Assembly (NCBI GenBank): GCA_016840095.1 | Contig: JAEOSZ010000108.1 | Coordinates: forward strand, 1 to 21,595 | Direction of reading: 5' to 3' | DNA: 21,595 bases | Source of the DNA: Candidatus Heimdallarchaeota archaeon | GTDB taxonomy: Archaea > Asgardarchaeota > Heimdallarchaeia > Heimdallarchaeales > Heimdallarchaeaceae | In this document: piece by piece, positions 16,751 to 21,595 of the stretch | Numbering within the stretch: position 1 is the first letter of the stretch | Layout: each line of letters begins with the position of its first letter | Notes under the pieces: generated by a model | Databases searched by the model: none | Told to the model about the DNA's origin: nothing | The model's input: only the letters and a program-made list of their open reading frames with translations | Position numbers and translations under genes: made by a program

Positions 16751-17509
16751 ATGTCTACTACTGAGAAGAAGAAGCCAAAGAAAGAGAAATCAGCTGAAAT
16801 AGATCTGAAAAAATTAAAGGAAGAAAAAGAAGTTTCAGATGAAAAACTAAAGCTTATTGAAGCTAGTATAAAGGGATTAGAGATAACAGCTGAAGAACTC
16901 AAATCAACTTTACCTGCTGTTGATGCTATTATAGTTAAAGAGGATCTTTCAAAAGACCAAAGGGCAGTTTTAGAATTAGAATTTGAGGAAGAGCTTCCAG
17001 CATGGGTAAAAAGACCTTGGATGTATATTAAACCAAAGAAGGATGATCAAGTAGAATCTTGGTTGCAAAGTTGGTCAGCTATAGTATTGGATTATTCTCG
17101 TATTTTTGTTATTCATATTATAAACATCAATGATTTGAGAAGTGTCCATCCTTTCAACAATAAGGAATTGGGAAAGAGACTGACACTAGCACAAGTAAGA
17201 AGTGTAATTGATCATTTAGTTCAACAGAATATTGCCCGTTGGTTAGATGAAGATACTAAAACAAGAGCCCGAATTTATTGGAAGTCAAATGACGAATGGG
17301 CTGATGCCCTTTTAGATTTCATGATTGAGACTGGAAGAGTTGTAGAAGTACATTCTCTTTATGATTTAACTCAGATGAACGAAAAATGGGGCAATTTACC
17401 TGCTGATGATTTGATAATAGTTTGCGAGATGCTAGTAGAACGTAAAGTTGCTCGATGGTTAAATAAAGAAAAAACTATAATTCAGTTTGAAGCTGATAAA
17501 GTGTTTTAA
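16751..17509 (+). CDS. vps25: ESCRT-II subunit Vps25-like, with N-terminal basic/coiled-coil extension
   Basis: SWLQSWSAIVLDY, PFNNKELGKRL and ARWLDEDTKTRARIYWKSNDEWADAL parallel eukaryotic Vps25 (AAWCSLVLSF, LFNNVKLQRKL, LEWLDKSK..IMWRRPEEWG). Tandem winged helix; located in the ESCRT locus. Confidence 0.9.
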   Translation: MSTTEKKKPKKEKSAEIDLKKLKEEKEVSDEKLKLIEASIKGLEITAEELKSTLPAVDAIIVKEDLSKDQRAVLELEFEEELPAWVKRPWMYIKPKKDDQVESWLQSWSAIVLDYSRIFVIHIININDLRSVHPFNNKELGKRLTLAQVRSVIDHLVQQNIARWLDEDTKTRARIYWKSNDEWADALLDFMIETGRVVEVHSLYDLTQMNEKWGNLPADDLIIVCEMLVERKVARWLNKEKTIIQFEADKVF

Positions 17510-17526
17510 ACAATTTTTTTTCTCAT

Positions 17527-18252
17527 CTAAAGACTCATCAATCCAGGGAACCAGTATTTCACTCCTTCTGAATAACTTCTGTCTACTCTAGCAATACTAT
17601 TTTCTTCAAAGAATTTTAAACATCTATCTATTCGCTCTTCAGTCCAACTTGTTCTCATTAACAAGTCTTCCTTAGTAACAAATCCAACTCTAGATGCATA
17701 ATTTAGAATAACATCATGATCAGGACTAAATTCTACTGGTACAAATTCTATTATCTTTAAACCAGAATCTAATACTCTGTAAGGAGGAATTAATTGAGAA
17801 TTAATTAGCTTCTCTAAAGATCTATACATATCATCAATTGAGACCATTCTGCCAGGACGAGTTTTATTGAGTTGTGTAAATAATTCTCCCAAAGCCATAA
17901 TACCGCCATTTTCTGGAATCAATTGTTGTCCTATTTCAAGAAGTTCGTTAGCTAGCACATCATAGAAACCTTTTCCTGAGAGCTTATCTTTAAGAGTTGG
18001 AGCTTCTTTCCAATCAAAGCGTCCAATTTCTGTGGGTAACCCTAATTCTTCTCTCAAATTTGCTAATTTATCATAATAATCTTTATTTTCAGAGATTTTG
18101 TCTCCATATTTTTTCTCAAACTTTTTCAGCTGTTTCTTAACTTCACTAATGTTATTAATCATCTGTTCTAATTCTTTGATCATTAGTTCTGCTTCTTTTA
18201 CTTGAAAAGCTGATTTAACTTTGATCTTTTTTTCTATGTCTCTTAAACCCAC
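17527..18252 (-). CDS. vps22: ESCRT-II subunit Vps22/Vps36-like (EAP30 domain)
   Basis: FYDVLANELLEI...NGGIMALGEL...VSIDDMYRSLEKL and C-terminal YWFPGL match the EAP30 winged-helix family. GTG at 18252 after GGAGA is the likely start; the ORF track uses TTG at 18264. Confidence 0.92.
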   Translation of the reverse strand: MGLRDIEKKIKVKSAFQVKEAELMIKELEQMINNISEVKKQLKKFEKKYGDKISENKDYYDKLANLREELGLPTEIGRFDWKEAPTLKDKLSGKGFYDVLANELLEIGQQLIPENGGIMALGELFTQLNKTRPGRMVSIDDMYRSLEKLINSQLIPPYRVLDSGLKIIEFVPVEFSPDHDVILNYASRVGFVTKEDLLMRTSWTEERIDRCLKFFEENSIARVDRSYSEGVKYWFPGLMSL

Positions 18253-18321
18253 TTCTATCTCCAACTTTGTTATTGTCTAGGACTTATTTATATCTTCTCA
18301 AATACATTGCTAAATTATTAA

Positions 18322-18636
18322 TTATATAACGTCTGCTAATTTTAAGAGCCATCTCTTTATCTTTTCAGTTAAAGAACTACTCTCTCTAGGTGAAAGAAAT
18401 GCCGCTAGTTTGTTTTTGTATTTATTGAAATAAGAATTATAGATTTGCATCATCTCTTCATGAATCTTCTTCCCTTCATCCCCAAGATTTTTTATTTCAT
18501 AAGAAATATTCTCTAGTTCCTCAAGAATGTAGCCCACATCTATTTTAATTTCTATCATGTTGATTAATTCAAACATTTCCTTTCGAATGTTTACGAACAT
18601 ATCGTTAATGGAACTAGTTCTTTCCAAGTAATTCAC
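18322..18636 (-). CDS. Small helical protein, putative stand-alone Vps28 C-terminal domain paralog
   Basis: Co-oriented between the ESCRT-I fusion and vps22, with SD GGTGA (likely start TTG at 18627). By-eye alignment to the C-terminal ~90 aa of 18699..20108 gives ELI/ELI, EEM/EDM, NKYK/GKYK and LxxxxxRWL/LxxxxxRWL in register. Confidence 0.6.
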   Translation of the reverse strand: MNYLERTSSINDMFVNIRKEMFELINMIEIKIDVGYILEELENISYEIKNLGDEGKKIHEEMMQIYNSYFNKYKNKLAAFLSPRESSSLTEKIKRWLLKLADVI

Positions 18637-18698
18637 CTAGTAACTTATCATAAAGAATGGAAAGAAAGGAATTAAAGAATCAAAACAAGCTTTTGGCA

Positions 18699-20108
18699 TT
18701 AGAGTTCCTTCAAAACTCTTCGAAAGTCATTAAGCCATCGAGCTGCTTGAAATTCTAATTTTTCACAATCTTCTTCTTTAATTATCTCCTGAGGTTTGTA
18801 TTTACCAATGATATCACGCCAGTTGTTCATATCTTCAATTGCCCAGTGATCTTTGGGAATTGAAGGGAATGTTGTCAGAATGTGTATCATTTCTTCTATG
18901 TCTGCGAGTAAGAGATCTGCTCTAGCTACTGATCTTAATCGTGTTAAATCTATCAGTTCAATTGCTGATGATACGAAATCAGCTGTTTTAGATGGCATCT
19001 TCTTAAGGGTATCAAATGGAATTGAATTTGTATCGGCGGTTTCTTCACCTTCAACTGCCATGAGTTGTTTGATTCCTTTTGGATACCTATTTTCCAGATT
19101 TTCTCGCTTAATGAAGTTATCTAATTTAAAACCTACTTTTTCTAATTCTAATCTTGTCTTGAAAATCCCTCTAATGAGAGCTCGTAGTTGTTTTCTATAC
19201 GCGATCTGTTCAATCTCACTGTTTTCATATCCTCTCACAAGATTGTCTAATGTTGCAATCGATGCAAATAGATCAGCTTCTAAATTCAATATCTTATCTT
19301 CTGCTTTTGTCATGTCACCACTTGAGCTACTTTTAATTTTATTAAGTTGTTTCTCTGCTATAAATCCTTTTTTAGTATATCTTTTATGCAGCTTGAGATA
19401 ATCGATATTTGTCATATCTCCATCTTCAAATTTTTCTTGTATAACTTCTAAGGTATCTTGAACTGCTAAAGATTCTGATCTTAAATCCTCTTCTCTTGAA
19501 ATAGAAATTTCTTTGGTTCTACTTTGTACGGCAATTCCACCTTCTTTCAAAAGAGATTCTCTTTCTTTTTCTATATCTCTTGTAACTTGCTCTATTTGGT
19601 TTTGATAAAACATTATTGAACTATCAATTGAGCGCTTTTCTTCCTCAATTTCTGGATCCATGCTAACAAAGGAAGCTTGAGGTAGTGTTCTGACAGGAAT
19701 AGTTGAACTAGGTAATCCTGTATATCTTTGTTCCATTTTAGGTTTCTTGATTTTTGTTTTATATGCTTTTGCTGGAACATTGATGAAGAGTTGTTTAATA
19801 TCAATCATGATCTGATAAATGTGATATCTTGGTTCCCATTCTGCTAGAAGACGCATACTTAAAGTTCCATCTTCATCTACATTTGGGTGATTTACTTTAG
19901 GAGTTATGTCAACAAATGGAGGAACATCTGGAAAACCATCTTGAATGTAAACATTGGCAAAGATTGGAATTTCAGTATCTTCTATTGTTCCGACATACCC
20001 TTTCCATTGTTTCAAATTACCTCTAACAGGTTCGAAATTTAATTGTTTATCAAATACTAGTTGCATTTCATTTGCAAGAAGGAAATCATCTGTGGAAATT
20101 TTGTTCAC
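18699..20108 (-). CDS. ESCRT-I fusion protein: UEV (E2-like, inactive) - coiled-coil stalk - Vps23 steadiness box - Vps28 N- and C-terminal domains
   Basis: UBC fold FPDVPPFV...HPNVDEDGTLSMRLLAEW with Ser at the catalytic Cys position. SB box AVQDTLEVIQEKFEDGDMTNIDYLK..RY..KGF, Vps28-N ADLFASIATLDNLVRGY and Vps28-CTD FVSSAIELIDLTRL...W...KLEFQ. Confidence 0.9.
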   Translation of the reverse strand: MNKISTDDFLLANEMQLVFDKQLNFEPVRGNLKQWKGYVGTIEDTEIPIFANVYIQDGFPDVPPFVDITPKVNHPNVDEDGTLSMRLLAEWEPRYHIYQIMIDIKQLFINVPAKAYKTKIKKPKMEQRYTGLPSSTIPVRTLPQASFVSMDPEIEEEKRSIDSSIMFYQNQIEQVTRDIEKERESLLKEGGIAVQSRTKEISISREEDLRSESLAVQDTLEVIQEKFEDGDMTNIDYLKLHKRYTKKGFIAEKQLNKIKSSSSGDMTKAEDKILNLEADLFASIATLDNLVRGYENSEIEQIAYRKQLRALIRGIFKTRLELEKVGFKLDNFIKRENLENRYPKGIKQLMAVEGEETADTNSIPFDTLKKMPSKTADFVSSAIELIDLTRLRSVARADLLLADIEEMIHILTTFPSIPKDHWAIEDMNNWRDIIGKYKPQEIIKEEDCEKLEFQAARWLNDFRRVLKEL

Positions 20109-20189
20109 CTTATTAAATTATGTCTCTATATAATTTGATTACAATCAAAGTTTAAAAAATATTGCATTTGAAAAGTGAAAAAAGGGTCA

Positions 20190-21194
20190 TTAATCTGATA
20201 TTTGTAATACTATTTTTATTGGTTGGGCTAGATTCTTATCTAGAACGAAAATTACAGCTTTATCAGTTTTTATTGCGTCTTCTAAAAACGATTCGATATC
20301 TAAGATTTTGCCTTGAAACATTAAATCTGGTTTTTCTAAACCATATGTTAACATTAATCTCATTCTGAAATCTTTTACAGTTTCTGTTGAAAGTGCAACA
20401 AACTCTATTTGTTCAAGTTTGTACATCTCTCCACATGCTGGGCATTCTTTTGATTTTTCTAGCTCAATGATGGTAACTGCATTGTTAAGACCATCATAAA
20501 AGAGATAATTGGTCAGTTTTTCACCTAGCTCTAGAATTAATTTCAATGCTTCTTGAGCCATAATTCCTCCAATTATAGATGATAATGGAGCAACGGCGGG
20601 TAGAGGAGGTCCAATTTCTATTTCCTTTCTATCTTTTTTTCTCTCTTCTCCAAATGGACTACATGCTTGAGCAAGTTCTTCTTCAGGTACTAAAGGTTGG
20701 CATTCAAAACATGCTGTTTCGTGGGGGATTATTACTTGAGCGTTACCTAGGAAGGCAAACATACCACCCATGACAAGAGGTTTTTTTACCCTAACAGCCA
20801 TTGAATTAATCCACCTTCTATCAATAAAAGTATCCAAACAAGCAACTATGACATCAGCTTGTTCATAAACTGATACAGAAACATCTTGCATTTTTTTATG
20901 GAAGAAATCAATTTTGATATTTGGATTGATTTCTTTTAATCTTTTTGCAGCTGTTTCTGATTTCGATTTACCAACATCTTCATCTTTGAACAACAATTGT
21001 CTATTCAGATTTGAAGTTTCGATAGTATCAAAATCAATTATTGTTAGTTTTTTTATTCCAGAAGAGACGAGTACAGTAGCTACATAACTTCCAATAGCGC
21101 CAATTCCAGCCAAAACAGCACTAGATGTATCAAGTTTAAATTGATCCCATCCAGGAATAAGTTGTTGTCTTGAGTAGCGCTCATCTTCATCCAT
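20190..21194 (-). CDS. Ubiquitin-activating enzyme E1 (ThiF/UBA family) with C-terminal ubiquitin-fold-like domain
   Basis: RYSRQ, GIGAIG nucleotide loop, DFDTIETSNLNRQLLF and Zn pairs CFEC and CPAC. Candidate catalytic Cys in AQACS. C-terminal TVKDF...DLMFQGKILD resembles a beta-grasp UFD. Adjacent to ubiquitin. Confidence 0.92.
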   Translation of the reverse strand: MDEDERYSRQQLIPGWDQFKLDTSSAVLAGIGAIGSYVATVLVSSGIKKLTIIDFDTIETSNLNRQLLFKDEDVGKSKSETAAKRLKEINPNIKIDFFHKKMQDVSVSVYEQADVIVACLDTFIDRRWINSMAVRVKKPLVMGGMFAFLGNAQVIIPHETACFECQPLVPEEELAQACSPFGEERKKDRKEIEIGPPLPAVAPLSSIIGGIMAQEALKLILELGEKLTNYLFYDGLNNAVTIIELEKSKECPACGEMYKLEQIEFVALSTETVKDFRMRLMLTYGLEKPDLMFQGKILDIESFLEDAIKTDKAVIFVLDKNLAQPIKIVLQISD

Positions 21195-21332
21195 TTGAAG
21201 AACTCCTTGAGTGTTTTATATAGAATGAACTGGTATAAGTTTCTTTTTACTATTACATTGAAAATAACTAGAAATTTTATAAAACAAGCTTATGAGAAAG
21301 AAAATTGAAATTAAAGAAGTAGCAAAATAAAA

Positions 21333-21569
21333 CTAAAGACCACCCTTAGTTCTGGCAATGAGATAGCATTTATCGCCATCCATCATTCCTGTTTGTTTAA
21401 GTATTTCACTGTCATCTAATTGTTTTCCATGAAAAACTATAATGACTGTGTTAGCAGGAATCTTCTTCTTCTTAGCAACTTCTCTCTTTAATTGTGCAAC
21501 TGTTGAATGTGGATCTACATCTAAATCTATTTTTCCTCCACCAATTGCGGTTACTACAGTTATTCTCAC
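21333..21569 (-). CDS. Ubiquitin-like modifier (pro-ubiquitin ending GG-L)
   Basis: Beta-grasp pattern TVAQLK..V....IP...IIVFHGKQLDD...L, ending ARTKGGL. GTG start after SD GGTGTGA. Confidence 0.96.
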   Translation of the reverse strand: MRITVVTAIGGGKIDLDVDPHSTVAQLKREVAKKKKIPANTVIIVFHGKQLDDSEILKQTGMMDGDKCYLIARTKGGL

Positions 21570-21595
21570 TTTTGTTCACACCTAATTCTTTCTAA

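Noticed and set aside
13769-16902. ORFs 13769..14014, 14764..15006, 15680..16123, 16660..16902
   Set aside because: Antisense to atpK, ESCRT-III, vps4 and vps25. Their Pro/Ala/Ser/Phe-rich composition is the mirror of the sense codons.
19770-20108. Active E2 ubiquitin-conjugating enzyme
   Set aside because: The catalytic Cys position is Ser and the domain is fused to ESCRT-I modules, so it is called a UEV.
18853-20773. ORFs 18853..19401, 19613..19804, 20162..20368, 20579..20773
   Set aside because: Overlap the well-supported ESCRT-I and E1 genes and have no independent evidence.
20190-21194. MoeB/ThiF sulfur-carrier activator for cofactor synthesis
   Set aside because: The neighbour is a eukaryote-type ubiquitin rather than MoaD/ThiS/SAMP, there is no rhodanese domain, and the context is ESCRT.
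1-21595. tRNA/rRNA genes, transposases, integrases
   Set aside because: No GC-rich structured segments, recombinase or transposase ORFs, or terminal repeats were seen; intergenic gaps are short and AT-rich.

Overview
AT-rich archaeal window from an Asgard archaeon, most consistent with Heimdallarchaeia; this is inferred from the eukaryotic-signature gene set and the single-chain ESCRT-I. The right half (14173-21569) is a complete ubiquitin-ESCRT island in two convergent blocks. The + strand carries ESCRT-IIIA (Vps2/24/46 class), ESCRT-IIIB (Vps20/32/60 class), Vps4 and Vps25. The - strand carries pro-ubiquitin, E1, a UEV-Vps23-Vps28 fusion, a small ORF and Vps22/36. This type of locus is already known from Asgard genomes. 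Its surroundings are the less familiar part. (i) Only the membrane-sector (A0/V0) ATPase genes c/K, a/I and d/C are present, with no A1/V1 genes in view. Subunit c shares a divergent promoter with ESCRT-III, subunit a has a tandemly duplicated cytoplasmic domain (1064 aa), and the a-d pair sits directly upstream of an actin gene cut by the window edge. (ii) A roughly 100-aa ORF aligns by eye to the Vps28 C-terminal domain of its neighbour. (iii) A triple-zinc/coiled-coil/PH-like protein lies next to the ESCRT block. (iv) A family-5 solute-binding protein is circularly permuted. (v) A Roadblock/LC7 gene and an LRR gene are also present. Housekeeping genes apgM, an EamA transporter and an aminotransferase lie in the middle. 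No RNA genes, CRISPR arrays or mobile elements were seen. All alignments were done by eye; no searches were run.
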